Origin: Escherichia coli
GTDB taxonomy: Bacteria; Pseudomonadota; Gammaproteobacteria; Enterobacterales; Enterobacteriaceae
NCBI RefSeq assembly: GCF_016903815.1
Contig: NZ_CP069973.1
DNA length: 64,000 bases
Reading direction: 5' to 3' (one strand)
The notes under the pieces were generated by a model. That model searched no databases and was not told the origin of the DNA. It was given only the letters and a program-made list of their open reading frames with translations. The stretch's first letter is position 1; each line of letters opens with the position of its first letter. This document shows positions 1 through 15,682 of this stretch, one piece after another. The position numbers and the translations under genes were made by a program.

Positions 1-3126
<3,126 letters not shown>

Positions 3127-3140
3127 CATACTCTCCTTAC

Positions 3141-4655
3141 TCAGGCAACTGCCTGGCTGACTTTAGGCATCGCAAGGCTCAGTGCCTGACGCTCATCTGC
3201 CTGCTCGTGTAACAATTCACCGGCGATTTCACCTTCGCGCATCACCACAATCCGGTCGGCAACGCCGAGGACTTCAGGTAAGTCGCTGGAGGCAAACAGC
3301 ACCGCCACACCCTGCGCCGCCAGCGCATAAATTACGTTATATATTTCGTGCTTAGCGCCAACATCAATGCCGCGCGTAGGTTCATCCAGCAAAATGACCT
3401 TCATCTCTTCCGATAACCAGCGGCCCAGAATGGCTTTTTGCTGATTTCCGCCTGAGAGATTCATGATCAGTTGCTCAGCGCCCGGCGTTTTGATGTTAAG
3501 CGAACGAATGTGGTGATCGGCATTGTTTTCTTCCCAACCGTTGTTGATTACACAACCGCCGAGCACATGTTTACGTCTGGCACTGATGTTGATATTGTCG
3601 CGAACGGAGTGCACAGGAATAATGCCTTCGGCTTTGCGATCTTCCGGGCAGAGCATCATGCCTGCGGCAATGGCGTGGCTCGGTTTACGAATATCGATCG
3701 GCTGTTGGTCGATATAAACCTGACCGGCGGTAATTTGCGTACCGCCAAACATGCCTTTCATTAATTCGCTACGCCCTGCCCCGACCAGACCAAACAGACC
3801 GACAATTTCTCCACTGCGAACCGCCAGACTTATTGGCGTACGCACGCCTGGTGCTTTCACAGCATCAAGACGCAGGCGCTCCTCGCCATAACTACGCGGT
3901 TGCCAGCCGTAGATATCACCGATGTCGCGCCCGACCATCGCCTGCACCAGGGCGTCGTGGTCAACCTGCTGCATATCAGTAAAGGTTTTGACATAACGCC
4001 CATCTTTAAAGACGGTGATGGCATCGCTGAGGGCAAATATTTCTTCCATACGGTGAGAAACGTATAAGATCACCCGCCCCTCTTTTCGCAGTTCACGAAT
4101 AACGCGGAAAAGATTGTCGATTTCACGGGCAGAGAGGGAGCTGGTTGGCTCATCAAAGGCGATAATTTTGGCGTTACGCGCCAGCGCTTTGGCGATTTCA
4201 ACCATCTGCCACTGACCAATGGAGAGATATTTCAGCGGCGTGTCCGGGTCAATATCCATACCAAGATGTTTAAGTTGTAAACCCGCCTCATAATTCAGCA
4301 ATGAGCGATTCACAATGCCGCCTTTATGCGGCAGCTGGCCGAGATAGATGTTTTCCGCGACGGTCATTTCCGGCACGAGATGCAGTTCCTGGTAAATAAT
4401 CGCCACACCCGCGTTAAGTGCTGCGGTCGTGTCGGAAAAGGACATTTCCTGCCCATTAATCACTACAGAACCCGTGGTTGGCGCATAGTTGCCGCTGAGG
4501 ATTTTTAAGAGAGTTGATTTTCCTGCGCCATTTTCACCCATCAACGCATGAACCTGACCGGCATAGCAATCAAAACTAATATCCGTCAGCGCCTTAACGC
4601 CGGGAAACGTTTTACCGATGCCGCGAAATGAGAGATACGGGGTAGACTGTTGCAT
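3141..4655 (-). CDS. araG: L-arabinose ABC transporter ATP-binding protein AraG
   Basis: ORF 3141-4700(-); AraG begins [19 protein letters not shown]; two Walker A motifs ([16 protein letters not shown]). Confidence 0.92.
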
Positions 4656-4724
4656 AACGTCTCCGTGAATCACTGGTCGTTCACACCCCCTCTGCATCAT
4701 GCAGAGGGGAATTTTTCTGGCAAA

Positions 4725-5714
4725 TTACTTACCGCCTAAACCTTTTTTCTCCAGTTCTTCTTTAAAGTTGTCACGCGTGATCAATACCACGTCGGTAACT
4801 TCGGTAAATTTTGGCGGTTCAACGTCTTTTGCTACCCAGTTGTAAAGCATTTCGCTGGATTTATAGCCATGTACGTCCGGGCTTGGCAGCAGGGAACCGT
4901 AGAAGCCGGTTGCCTGTGCCTTAGACAGTTCGCTCACCGCATCCACACCGTTAATACCGATACCGATGATATCGGCCGCTTTAAAGCCCTGACCTTCCGT
5001 CGCGCGTACGCCGCCAAGTACGGTGCTGTCGTTCATACCGACGATCAGCCAATGTTTAACTTCCGGATGTTGAACCAGCATTGAGTTGGCAGCGTCAAAT
5101 GCCCCCGGGATGTCGTTAGATTTGGTAGGTACCTGATAAATTTGTTTTTCCGGGAATCCTGCAGCTTTCAGCGCATCCATAGACCCCGTAGTACGGCGAC
5201 GAGCCGTATCCAGTTCGTTGGCGGTAATCGCCATCACCGCGCTTTCTTTGACATCCCAGCCACGTTTCTGCATCTCTTTATACAGTTCCTGGCCCTGACG
5301 TTCGCCAATTTTGGTCGCTGCCATCATCACCAGCGGAACGGTATCCATTGGCTTGCCTTTGGCGTTAACAAACTGGTCATCCACGGCAATGACTTTCATA
5401 TCGTAGCCACGCGCTTTCGCCACGATGGCAGAGCCGAGTTTCGGGTCCGGAGTACAAATAACGAAACCTTTTGCGCCACTGGCAGCCAGGCTATCGATAG
5501 CGTTCAATGTTTTTTCGCCATCCGGCACGGCAATCTTAATAACTTCAAACCCTAAATCCTTCCCAGCTTTATCGGCAAACTTCCATTCGGTCTGGAACCA
5601 CGGCTCTTCCGGTTGCTTCACCAGGAAACCGAGCTTCAGGTTCTCCGCCATAGCGGATTGTGACATAACGGCTGCCAGACCAATGGCTGCCAGGGCTTTA
5701 GTAAATTTGTGCAT
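4725..5714 (-). CDS. araF: L-arabinose periplasmic binding protein AraF
   Basis: ORF 4725-5765(-); AraF begins MHKFTKALAAIGLAAVMSQSAMA (signal peptide). Confidence 0.92.
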   Translation of the reverse strand: MHKFTKALAAIGLAAVMSQSAMAENLKLGFLVKQPEEPWFQTEWKFADKAGKDLGFEVIKIAVPDGEKTLNAIDSLAASGAKGFVICTPDPKLGSAIVAKARGYDMKVIAVDDQFVNAKGKPMDTVPLVMMAATKIGERQGQELYKEMQKRGWDVKESAVMAITANELDTARRRTTGSMDALKAAGFPEKQIYQVPTKSNDIPGAFDAANSMLVQHPEVKHWLIVGMNDSTVLGGVRATEGQGFKAADIIGIGINGVDAVSELSKAQATGFYGSLLPSPDVHGYKSSEMLYNWVAKDVEPPKFTEVTDVVLITRDNFKEELEKKGLGGK

Positions 5715-6509
5715 GGTTCTCTCCAGCTTTAGTGTCGTTTTGTGTAGGGCAAAAACGAATGACATTCGTTAAATTAATCGGAAAACAAAGCATTACCTTT
5801 TAACTAAAAGATAAGTGACTGTGTTGACATAGTTTTAGCGAGAAATTAATTCTCCATAGGAGAGCAATATCACATCGCAGAATTACAGTGAGAACGTGCA
5901 TAAATTTAGCGGGAAAAGACATAAGGAAAAGCCAATTTGTCTGAGAAATTGTCTAGTGCACAGCAGATTAATCCATAAGATTAGCCTGGAAATCCTTGTT
6001 GTCTTTGGTACCCAGCGGGATGTCTTTTTTTTAACCAGTCAATAGGCCACATTACCTGGCGTTGAGTTTTTGAAAGGGTGTAATAACCGCAACTCAAAGA
6101 TGTGGAAAAAGCGCGTCATTCATTTCGCCATTAATTATCACCGTGCTCATTAATTAACAGAACACGTATACTGAGAGCCATACCGCAAAAATGAAAAAAC
6201 GTTTTAAAAAATCATTGCTTCATCATGAATTCAAATTCACCGATTAATATCAACAAGATACAAAAAGCACTATCATTAAAATTCATTGCAGTTACATTGA
6301 TTTCATCAATGAAATGTAAAAATATATAAACTTGATGATTTAAGCATTTTCTTATACCCATTCAGACGTTATTCTTATTTCAGATCATCGTCAGAATTGA
6401 CTCCACGATCACATTTCGGACCGGCAGAAAGGAATTATTCTGCAAACAGTAATTATGGTGTTTTGATTTATCTTGCACCTCTCCACTTCTGGATATAAGG
6501 ATATTAGGT

Positions 6510-7013
6510 ATGGCAACCGCTGGAATGCTTCTCAAACTCAACTCTCAAATGAACCGCGAGTTTTACGCATCCAATCTCTACCTTCACCTGAGTAACTGGT
6601 GTTCTGAACAGAGTCTGAACGGCACCGCCACTTTCCTTCGCGCCCAGGCACAGAGTAACGTGACCCAAATGATGCGCATGTTTAACTTTATGAAGAGTGT
6701 CGGCGCTACCCCCATCGTTAAAGCCATTGATGTTCCCGGTGAAAAACTGAACTCTCTGGAAGAACTGTTCCAAAAAACGATGGAAGAATACGAGCAACGT
6801 TCAAGCACGCTGGCGCAGTTAGCCGATGAAGCGAAAGAACTGAATGATGATTCAACCGTCAATTTCCTGCGCGATCTGGAAAAAGAACAGCAGCATGATG
6901 GCCTGTTGCTGCAAACCATTCTTGATGAAGTGCGCAGTGCGAAACTTGCGGGTATGTGCCCTGTGCAGACCGACCAACATGTTCTGAATGTCGTGTCGCA
7001 TCAGCTGCATTGA
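6510..7013 (+). CDS. ftnB: Ferritin-like protein FtnB
   Basis: ORF 167 aa [31 protein letters not shown], ferritin fold. Confidence 0.9.
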   Translation: MATAGMLLKLNSQMNREFYASNLYLHLSNWCSEQSLNGTATFLRAQAQSNVTQMMRMFNFMKSVGATPIVKAIDVPGEKLNSLEELFQKTMEEYEQRSSTLAQLADEAKELNDDSTVNFLRDLEKEQQHDGLLLQTILDEVRSAKLAGMCPVQTDQHVLNVVSHQLH

Positions 7014-7057
7014 TCATACATCGGCGCTAATGCATTGCGCCGATGAAGTTTTTGAGA

Positions 7058-7095
7058 AACCGCTGCCTCATCTTTTTGAAGCAGCGGTTTTTTTA
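7058..7095 (+). terminator. Rho-independent terminator downstream of ftnB
   Basis: Inverted repeat aaaccgctgc...gcagcggttt followed by a T-run. Confidence 0.6.
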
Positions 7096-7344
7096 ATGGG
7101 ATTCGCCCTGTGGGGTAAACTTGAGTTCAATCAGCGCGATGGCTTTTTGGATTGCCCGCATGGTGACCGGGTCTGCGGCGGCGGGATGGTTAGTAAAGTC
7201 GATATTCTTCAGCTGGCTGGACATTTTTTCACGAACTTCAACGGGCGCGATTACATCGAGAACATCCAGAATTTGTTTGATAACCAACTGGCAAGCAACC
7301 ACATCAGAAACCAGTTCCTGATCGGCATTCAGCGGCTGGGACAT
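7093..7344 (-). CDS. yecJ: DUF2766 protein YecJ
   Basis: ORF 83 aa [30 protein letters not shown]. Confidence 0.85.
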
Positions 7345-7430
7345 CGTAAACTCCTGATAGCATTTTGAAAGCCGTTATAGTAGCGGCTTCACATCTTCAG
7401 CGATAGTCACATCCACCGTCATCAGGACAC

Positions 7431-7458
7431 AAAAAAACCTGCCGGAGCAGGTTTTTTG
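7431..7458 (-). terminator. Rho-independent terminator downstream of azuC
   Basis: A-run, hairpin acctgccggagcaggt, T-run; immediately 3' of the azuC stop on the minus strand. Confidence 0.6.
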
Positions 7459-7545
7459 TTATCGGAACATATTGCCTGGCGGTACGTCTTTGAACGTCTT
7501 GCAATAGTTGTTGAACATACTTTTCAGGATTTTGCGCAGTTTCAT
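7459..7545 (-). CDS. azuC: 28-aa small protein AzuC
   Basis: Reverse-strand translation MKLRKILKSMFNNYCKTFKDVPPGNMFR-stop; below the 60-aa cutoff of the ORF track. Confidence 0.85.
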   Translation of the reverse strand: MKLRKILKSMFNNYCKTFKDVPPGNMFR

Positions 7546-7806
7546 CGCGGCACTCCGACCATTTGTTATACAGGTGTTATTGTCTTTGCGCTTATAATAT
7601 GACAACCATCACAAAAATCAATCTTTATGTGATGCAAATCACATAAATACCCCTTTAATGTTATAAAAATGATAATCAAAAAGCAGCCCCCCCTTTCTGA
7701 CACATACAGATGGCGAGAAATAGCGCCTGCCAGGCGTCTTTTCCGGCCATTGTCGCAGCGCTGTAACGCGTAAAATACTGCTTTCTTTTACTCTTCTGGC
7801 TGGACC

Positions 7807-8130
7807 ATGAGACTTCTGATTCTGACTCTTTCATTAATAACGCTGGTGGGGTGCACAGTTACTCGCCAGGCTCATGTGGGCGAAGTTGACGCGGCAACAG
7901 GTATTGTTCGGTTGGTTTATGATCAGGCTTTTTTGCAGCATGCCCGTACCGATCGTTATGTCAGTCGCGGGATCGCCGATCGCGCATGCCAGCAGGAAGG
8001 CTATACCCACGCGATCCCCTTTGGTCAGCCAGTAGGCAACTGTAGCCTTTTTGCGGGTTCCTTATGTTTGAATACGGAATTCACTTTGTCATATCAGTGC
8101 CATCATTCCGCCTTCCCTGTCTTTCTCTAA
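7807..8130 (+). CDS. yecR: Lipoprotein YecR
   Basis: ORF 107 aa with lipobox LVGC. Confidence 0.85.
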   Translation: MRLLILTLSLITLVGCTVTRQAHVGEVDAATGIVRLVYDQAFLQHARTDRYVSRGIADRACQQEGYTHAIPFGQPVGNCSLFAGSLCLNTEFTLSYQCHHSAFPVFL

Positions 8131-8300
8131 ATATTTTAATCAGCGAGGGGATCTTCGCTGATTAAAGAAATAGCGGTAATGCGTTTTATTCCCATTCGTA
8201 TTTTTAATAAATGAAGTTTATATTTTACCTTTTGCAAATAATAAAATAACAAATTATAGTGACGCCACAGCAACAAATATAACCTTTGTGGAGCACTATC

Positions 8301-8798
8301 ATGCTGAAACCAGAAATGATTGAAAAACTTAATGAGCAGATGAACCTGGAACTGTACTCTTCACTGCTTTATCAGCAAATGAGCGCCTGGTGCAGCTATC
8401 ATACCTTCGAAGGTGCTGCCGCGTTCCTGCGCCGTCACGCCCAGGAAGAGATGACGCATATGCAGCGTCTGTTTGATTATCTGACTGATACCGGCAATTT
8501 ACCGCGTATTAATACCGTTGAATCTCCGTTTGCTGAATATTCCTCACTTGATGAATTATTCCAGGAAACCTATAAACACGAACAATTAATCACCCAGAAA
8601 ATTAACGAACTGGCTCATGCTGCAATGACCAATCAGGACTACCCAACATTTAATTTCCTGCAATGGTATGTTTCTGAGCAGCATGAAGAAGAGAAACTGT
8701 TCAAATCGATTATTGATAAATTAAGTCTGGCAGGCAAAAGCGGCGAAGGTTTGTATTTTATCGACAAAGAACTCTCTACCCTCGACACACAAAACTAA
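8301..8798 (+). CDS. ftnA: Ferritin FtnA
   Basis: ORF 8286-8798; FtnA begins [31 protein letters not shown]. Confidence 0.92.
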
Positions 8799-8804
8799 TG
8801 TTCT

Positions 8805-8832
8805 CCGGCGGCAGGTTTACTGCCGCCGTTTC
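8805..8832. terminator. Hairpin terminator between convergent ftnA and yecH
   Basis: ccggcggcag gttt ctgccgccg inverted repeat with flanking T residues. Confidence 0.5.
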
Positions 8833-8835
8833 AAA

Positions 8836-9075
8836 TCAGTGACGGCAAATCTTACTCTGATCGGTCGAAAAACCTTCTTCCGAAGGTATAAATTTGCCTT
8901 TTGCTGTCAGAAACGCTACCAGCTCTCCCGCTGTCATCCCTTCTGCCGAGCAAGTGTGAAAACGTGCCTGTTCACCAAAACGCGCTTTAATCGCAGCTTC
9001 CAGACTGGCATGCGTATATTGCTCACCTGATTCAATCATCATATTTAACACTTCATGACCGTGAATAGAGTCCAT
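8836..9075 (-). CDS. yecH: DUF2492 protein YecH
   Basis: ORF 79 aa MDSIHGHEVLNMMIESGEQYTHASLEAAIKARFGE. Confidence 0.85.
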   Translation of the reverse strand: MDSIHGHEVLNMMIESGEQYTHASLEAAIKARFGEQARFHTCSAEGMTAGELVAFLTAKGKFIPSEEGFSTDQSKICRH

Positions 9076-9266
9076 CGTTCCTCCTCAAAAAAAAGGCTAG
9101 CGTAGCGATTGCCGCTTACCAAGACTTTGCGCCAGCGCAGGACTGAACGCATTTTATTGTACATTTATATTTACACCATATGTAACGCCGATTTGACGAA
9201 GCAGCCGTTATGCCTTAACCTGCGCCGCAGATATCACTCATAAAGATCGTCAGGACAGAAGAAAGC

Positions 9267-10478
9267 GTGAAAAACAGAACTCTGGGAAGTGTTTTTATCG
9301 TGGCGGGAACCACAATTGGCGCAGGCATGCTGGCAATGCCGCTGGCTGCTGCAGGTGTTGGTTTTAGCGTCACGTTAATCTTGTTGATTGGGCTTTGGGC
9401 GTTGATGTGCTACACGGCGCTATTACTGCTGGAGGTGTACCAGCATGTCCCGGCAGATACCGGCCTGGGCACGCTGGCAAAACGCTATCTGGGACGCTAC
9501 GGTCAGTGGCTGACGGGCTTCAGTATGATGTCCTTAATGTATGCTCTGACTGCGGCATACATCAGCGGTGCCGGTGAATTGTTGGCCTCCAGCATCAGCG
9601 ACTGGACAGGTATTTCAATGTCGGCAACCGCTGGCGTGCTGTTGTTCACTTTTGTTGCCGGTGGCGTGGTTTGTGTCGGGACATCGCTGGTCGATTTGTT
9701 TAACCGTTTTCTGTTCAGCGCCAAAATTATTTTTCTGGTGGTGATGCTGGTATTGCTGCTACCGCATATTCACAAAGTGAATCTTTTAACCCTGCCGTTG
9801 CAACAGGGGCTGGCTCTGTCTGCAATCCCGGTGATTTTTACCTCGTTTGGTTTTCACGGTAGCGTGCCGAGTATTGTCAGCTATATGGATGGCAACGTTC
9901 GTAAGCTACGCTGGGTGTTTATAACCGGTAGTGCGATCCCCCTGGTGGCATATATTTTCTGGCAGGTGGCAACGCTTGGCAGCATTGATTCAACAACCTT
10001 TATGGGATTGCTGGCTAATCATGCCGGATTAAACGGGCTGTTACAGGCGTTACGCGAAATGGTGGCCTCTCCGCATGTTGAGCTGGCGGTGCATTTATTT
10101 GCTGATTTAGCCCTCGCCACGTCATTCCTCGGCGTAGCGTTAGGTTTATTTGATTATCTGGCAGATTTGTTTCAGCGTTCAAATACCGTTGGTGGACGAT
10201 TGCAAACTGGTGCAATTACCTTTCTGCCGCCGTTGGCGTTTGCACTGTTTTATCCACGAGGATTTGTGATGGCGCTGGGTTACGCCGGTGTGGCGCTGGC
10301 GGTACTGGCATTGATTATCCCTTCGCTGTTGACCTGGCAAAGCAGAAAGCACAATCCTCAAGCGGGTTACCGGGTCAAAGGTGGTCGTCCGGCGCTGGTG
10401 GTGGTGTTTCTCTGTGGTATTGCTGTGATTGGCGTGCAATTTTTGATTGCGGCAGGGTTGTTACCAGAAGTGGGGTGA
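9267..10478 (+). CDS. tyrP: Tyrosine-specific transporter TyrP
   Basis: ORF 403 aa, multi-pass membrane protein [30 protein letters not shown]. Confidence 0.9.
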   Translation: MKNRTLGSVFIVAGTTIGAGMLAMPLAAAGVGFSVTLILLIGLWALMCYTALLLLEVYQHVPADTGLGTLAKRYLGRYGQWLTGFSMMSLMYALTAAYISGAGELLASSISDWTGISMSATAGVLLFTFVAGGVVCVGTSLVDLFNRFLFSAKIIFLVVMLVLLLPHIHKVNLLTLPLQQGLALSAIPVIFTSFGFHGSVPSIVSYMDGNVRKLRWVFITGSAIPLVAYIFWQVATLGSIDSTTFMGLLANHAGLNGLLQALREMVASPHVELAVHLFADLALATSFLGVALGLFDYLADLFQRSNTVGGRLQTGAITFLPPLAFALFYPRGFVMALGYAGVALAVLALIIPSLLTWQSRKHNPQAGYRVKGGRPALVVVFLCGIAVIGVQFLIAAGLLPEVG

Positions 10479-10527
10479 TTAGATCTTATTGGGTGCCAGA
10501 ATTAACGCTGACACCCAATTTGATCTC

Positions 10528-11193
10528 TTAATGCAGGCAGCACTGCTTAAATTTCTTACCACTACCGCACGGGCAAGGATCATTACGCCCCGGTTTCTCT
10601 TCTGCTTTGATCGGTTGCTGAACAGCTTTTTCCTGCGGATGCGCCATCCAGTACGCATGTAGATCAAGCGCCGCCAGTCGAATGGCATCTACGCTCTCTT
10701 CAAACGCTTCTGGCGACATCTTCTCTAACCGCTCGAAGTTTTCCTCAGTACCGTGCAGCGCAATCGCCTCCAGCGCTGGTTTTAACGAATCGGGCAACGT
10801 TGACCAGTCAGAAAGTGCCACGCCCCGCATATAGCCAAAGCACCACTCCTCAACAATCGTCAGCTCGCTGCCATCGACTTCTCGCAAGCCGAATAACGGC
10901 TCAAACTGCTCCGGGAATTCGTTCAGACGCTCTGCGGTATCAGCCATATGCTGAAAAGCCAGGTTCATAAAGCGCGTCATCTCTTTCTCTGACGCCCAGC
11001 GTGGCACATAGTCAGCCCCACCCCACACGGCAACCAGCCACTGTGCCGGTTCAATCTCTTGCGGAGAACTCAACACCGCCGTCAATAAACCGTCCAGCTC
11101 CGCCACATCAAGGATGGCGTGGTCAGTGTTGTATTTGGTCAGAATATCGTCCAGCCATTCCAACTCACTTTCGTTTAACGGTCCCGTTTTCAT
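10528..11193 (-). CDS. yecA: SEC-C metal-binding domain protein YecA
   Basis: ORF 221 aa ending in [13 protein letters not shown]. Confidence 0.9.
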   Translation of the reverse strand: MKTGPLNESELEWLDDILTKYNTDHAILDVAELDGLLTAVLSSPQEIEPAQWLVAVWGGADYVPRWASEKEMTRFMNLAFQHMADTAERLNEFPEQFEPLFGLREVDGSELTIVEEWCFGYMRGVALSDWSTLPDSLKPALEAIALHGTEENFERLEKMSPEAFEESVDAIRLAALDLHAYWMAHPQEKAVQQPIKAEEKPGRNDPCPCGSGKKFKQCCLH

Positions 11194-11321
11194 ACGCTTT
11201 TCCTTGTGGTTCTCAACTCGCCAGCACCTATCTTACATGCCGGTCCGTATCAGAGATACTTTTTGAGTGGCTTTGCTGGTGATTAATAATTAAGGAGGGT
11301 GTAACGACAAGTTGCAGGTAC

Positions 11322-11345
11322 AAAAAAACCACCCGAAGGTGGTTT
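11322..11345 (-). terminator. Terminator of the glyW-cysT-leuZ tRNA operon
   Basis: Minus-strand hairpin aaaccaccttcgggtggttt followed by a T-run. Confidence 0.6.
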
Positions 11346-11388
11346 CACGACACTGCTTATTGCTTTGATTTTATTCTTATCTTTCCCA

Positions 11389-11475
11389 TGGTACCCGGAG
11401 CGGGACTTGAACCCGCACAGCGCGAACGCCGAGGGATTTTAAATCCCTTGTGTCTACCGATTCCACCATCCGGGC
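11389..11475 (-). tRNA. leuZ: tRNA-Leu (anticodon UAA)
   Basis: Reverse complement reads GCCCGGATGGTGGAATCGGTAGACACAAGGGATTTAAAATCCC...GGGTACCA, 87 nt. Confidence 0.95.
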
Positions 11476-11487
11476 TCGGGAAGAAAG

Positions 11488-11561
11488 TGGAGGCGCGTTC
11501 CGGAGTCGAACCGGACTAGACGGATTTGCAATCCGCTACATAACCGCTTTGTTAACGCGCC
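11488..11561 (-). tRNA. cysT: tRNA-Cys (anticodon GCA)
   Basis: Reverse complement reads GGCGCGTTAACAAAGCGGTTATGTAGCGGATTGCAAATCCG...CTCCA, 74 nt. Confidence 0.95.
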
Positions 11562-11615
11562 AAATTCTTCAGGCCTTTCAGCCAGACATCCGCTTGACGC
11601 CGATGTCTTTTAAAC

Positions 11616-11691
<76 letters not shown>

Positions 11692-11842
11692 ATTCATCAA
11701 GCAATCAGTTAATCACTTGATTTTATTATCGTCTGGCAATCAGTGCCGCCGTTCGATGCGTTGCATTCTACTTACCTGGCGCGATGAGTCAACGATATTT
11801 TTCACCACTTTTGATCGTTTGCTGAAAATTGCGCCGAAACGA

Positions 11843-12391
11843 TCACTGATCAAGCAAATCTGCACGCGCAGCGCTCAAATATTGCAACATTGACCACAGA
11901 GTCAGTACCGCAGCCACAAAGAAAAGTGCAATACCGGCGTACTCAACCCAAATGTTCGGACGCCACAGCAGCCAGGCCAGCGCCACCATCTGGGCAGTGG
12001 TTTTCACTTTCCCAATCCAGGAGACAGCCACGCTACTGCGTTTACCCAACTCCGCCATCCATTCGCGTAGCGCAGAAATAATAATTTCACGGGCGATCAT
12101 CGTTGCTGCCGGTAAGGTCACCCACCAGCTGTGATAATGCTCGGTTACCAGCACCATGGCGATAGCCACGAGAACTTTATCTGCTACAGGGTCAAGGAAA
12201 GCACCAAACCGGGTACTCTGGTTCCAGCGGCGTGCCAGAAAACCATCGAACCAGTCAGTCACCGCCGCGACGCAGAAAATGAGCGCGGCGGCAAACGGCG
12301 ACCAGGTGACAGGCAGATAAAAGACCAATACAAAGAATGGGATAAGGATGACACGGAACAGTGTAAGCAACGTAGGGATATTAAATTGCAT
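11843..12391 (-). CDS. pgsA: CDP-diacylglycerol--glycerol-3-phosphate 3-phosphatidyltransferase PgsA
   Basis: ORF 182 aa [30 protein letters not shown]-alcohol phosphatidyltransferase motif region. Confidence 0.92.
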
Positions 12392-12447
12392 AATGACGGG
12401 TAACTATCTGTTGTCAGTAAGATTACCCCTATGTTGCTACAGAGACA

Positions 12448-14280
12448 TCAATGTTTCAACGACCAGAAGATCTTTTCTGCCAGACCTTGCGAAATACCCG
12501 GCACTTTTGCAATTTCCTCAACGCTGGCGTTACGTAAACCTTGCAAACCGCCCATATATTTCAACAACATTTGCCGACGTTTTGGCCCGACGCCTTCAAT
12601 GGTTTCCAGGGAACTGGTATTTTTGACCTTCGCCCGTTTCTTACGGTGACCACCAATCGCGTGATCGTGAGATTCATCGCGAATATGCTGGATAACATGC
12701 AGCGCGGGAGAATCTGGCGGCAAACTGAATCCCTCACCTTCCGGCTCAAAGAACAGCGTTTCCAACCCTGCCTTCCTATCTGCACCTTTGGCAACGCCAA
12801 GAAGCAGCGGATGATTTTTATCCCATGAGACATCCAGTTCGGCGAAGACATTTTTCGCCTGCGCAAGCTGGCCTTTGCCGCCGTCAATAAGGATCACATC
12901 CGGGATCTTACTGTCGTCGATGGCTTTACCATAACGCCGACGCAGCACCTGATTCATCGCCGCATAATCATCGCCCGGCGTGATGCCAGTAATGTTATAG
13001 CGCCGATACTCCGCACGCAGCGGGCCGTTAGCATCAAACACCACACAGGAAGCGACGGTTTGTTCACCCATGGTATGGCTGATGTCAAAGCACTCCATCC
13101 GCTTCACTTCCGGCAATTTCAACACGCTGGCAAGCGCGGTCAGTCGCTGGTGAACGGTAGATTGCTGCGAAAGTTTGCTGGTTAAGGCCGTCGCCGCATT
13201 GGTGCGCGCGAGTTTCAGATAACGCGCCCGATCGCCGCGAGGTTTGGTTTGAACATTAATCTTGCGTCCCGCCAGTTCTGAAAGGGAATCGGCGAGCAGC
13301 GTTTTATCGCTAAGATTAAAATCGAGCAGGATCTCACCCGGTAAGGTGCGCATCTGGCTGCCTTGTAAATAGAACTGACCTACGAAGGTTTCTACCACCT
13401 CGCTCAGTTCCGTACCGCCAGGCACTTTCGGGAAATAGCTGCGGCTGCCGAGCACTTTGCCCTGACGAATGAACAATACATGGACACAAGCCATTCCCGC
13501 ATCGAACGCCACACCAATAACGTCGAGGTCGTCGCCGGTATTGGACACAAACTGTTTTTCGGTGACGCGTCGCACCGCCTGAATTTGGTCGCGAATACGT
13601 GCCGCTTCTTCAAACTCCAGATTCTGGCTGGCAGTTTCCATACGGCTAATGAGTTGCGTAAGCACCTGATCATCTTTGCCAGACAAAAACAGGCGCACAT
13701 ACTCGACCTGCTGAGCGTATTCTTCTTCACTCACCAGTCCTTCAACGCACGGTCCCAGACAGCGCCCTATCTGATATTGCAGACACGGACGCGAGCGATT
13801 GCGATAAACACTATTTTCGCACTGGCGAATGGGGAATATCTTTTGCAGTAGCGCCAGTGTTTCACGTACGGCATAGCCATTCGGGAACGGGCCGAAATAT
13901 TCACCTTTAGCATGCTTCGCACCACGATGCATCGCCAGACGCGGATGGGTATCGCCACTCAGGAAGATAAAGGGATAAGATTTATCATCGCGTAGCAAAA
14001 CGTTGTAACGCGGCTGATAGAGTTTGATGTAGTTGTGTTCCAGCAACAGCGCTTCGGTTTCTGTATGAGTAACCGTTACATCAATTTGCTGGATCTGGGC
14101 GACCAGCGCTTCGGTTTTGCGCGAAGCGAGGTTGCTACGGAAATAGCTGGAAAGCCGTTTTTTCAGGTCTTTCGCTTTGCCGACATAGATAACCGTACCA
14201 CCAGCATCGTACATGCGATAAACGCCTGGCTGGCTGGTTACGGTTTTTAAAAACGCTTTTGCGTCAAACTGATCACTCAC
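12448..14280 (-). CDS. uvrC: Excinuclease ABC subunit C UvrC
   Basis: ORF 610 aa [47 protein letters not shown] (GIY-YIG). Confidence 0.95.
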
Positions 14281-14933
14281 TGACTTGATAATGTCTCCGC
14301 ATTACACAGACCATGGCGAATTGCCAGGTGAGTCAGCTCAACATCGCCATGAATGTTTAGTTTACTGAACATACGATAGCGGTAGCTGTTCACCGTTTTC
14401 GGACTGAGATTGAGCTGTTCTGAGATCTCATTGACCTTCTGGCCCTTGGTGATCATCAGCATAATCTGCAATTCACGTTCAGACAAACTGGCAAATGGGC
14501 TTTCTGTTTTTTCTGGTTCGATCTGGCTTAACGCCATTTGTTGAGCGATGTCAGAAGCAATGTAACGCTGCCCTGAATAGACAGAACGGATCGCACTCAC
14601 GACTTCCTGCGGAGCCGCGCCTTTGCTGAGGTAGCCAGCAGCACCGGCCTGCATGACTTTCGCTGGTAAAGGGTTTTCTGTATGGACGGTAAGCATGATG
14701 ATTTTGACATCAGCTGTGGAACGCGCGATTTTACGCGTCGCCTCAAGACCGCCAATGCCCGGCATACTCATGTCCATTAGCACCACGTCAACGGCATTTG
14801 CCCGGCACCATTTAACGGCGTCTTCACCGCACGATGCCTCACCGACGACTTTTATACCCTTTATATCTTCCAGAATGCGTCGTATCCCTGCGCGCACCAG
14901 TTCGTGGTCATCAACAAGTAGAACGTTGATCAA
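14277..14933 (-). CDS. uvrY: Response regulator UvrY (BarA/UvrY two-component system)
   Basis: ORF 218 aa [26 protein letters not shown], LuxR-type HTH C-terminus; overlaps uvrC start by 4 nt. Confidence 0.95.
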
Positions 14934-15391
14934 AGGAATATCTCCAGAAATAGGGATAACGCTACTGATAGTTAGTCATTCGTATATTAGCGGTTTTTAT
15001 TGCAACTTTGAAACGTTAAAAATGGTGGGTATTCGATTTTTCTCTCGTTTTTGTCAATTCGATTGTCCACAGTTATGGTCACGCCCGTCACCAACGGCTT
15101 CCGGGATCGTTTCACAGTAAGCCCTACGATGAAATGTGACAAAAATTGACTTTATTCAGCAAAAATGAAAATCAGCCCGCTGAATATGTAACATTAATTA
15201 ACCCGAACAATACGGGCAAAAAACATTCATGATAAAAATATTTATTGGTCATTATATTAACGTATTTTATAGCACTGCCGATATCACGCTCAAAAAACAA
15301 CCACTGCTATTTTTAGCAAAGCTTATGGTATACTCCGCCGCCTTAACATTTTTCACCGCAAATTTTCATTGCAACATGACGAGGAAAATAA

Positions 15392-15616
15392 ATGAGTACG
15401 CCTGATTTTTCTACTGCCGAGAATAATCAAGAACTGGCAAATGAAGTCTCCTGCCTGAAAGCGATGCTGACGCTGATGCTGCAGGCGATGGGACAAGCTG
15501 ACGCGGGCCGCGTGATGTTAAAGATGGAAAAACAGCTTGCGCTGATCGAAGACGAAACCCAGGCTGCAGTATTTTCCAAAACGGTTAAGCAAATTAAACA
15601 AGCCTACCGTCAGTAA
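15392..15616 (+). CDS. yecF: DUF2594 protein YecF
   Basis: ORF 74 aa [34 protein letters not shown]. Confidence 0.85.
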
Positions 15617-15620
15617 TATA

Positions 15621-15665
15621 AAACCGGCTGAGAGCGTGCCTTTCAGCCGGTTTTTGCATCTGGCA
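15621..15665 (+). terminator. Rho-independent terminator after yecF
   Basis: aaaccggctgaga...tttcagccggttttt hairpin plus T-run. Confidence 0.6.
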
Positions 15666-15682
15666 CGCAGAAAGAAAAGCGA

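Noticed and set aside
12131-12649. Short plus-strand ORFs around the pgsA-uvrC junction
   Set aside because: Each is overlapped by pgsA or uvrC on the minus strand and lacks coding character.
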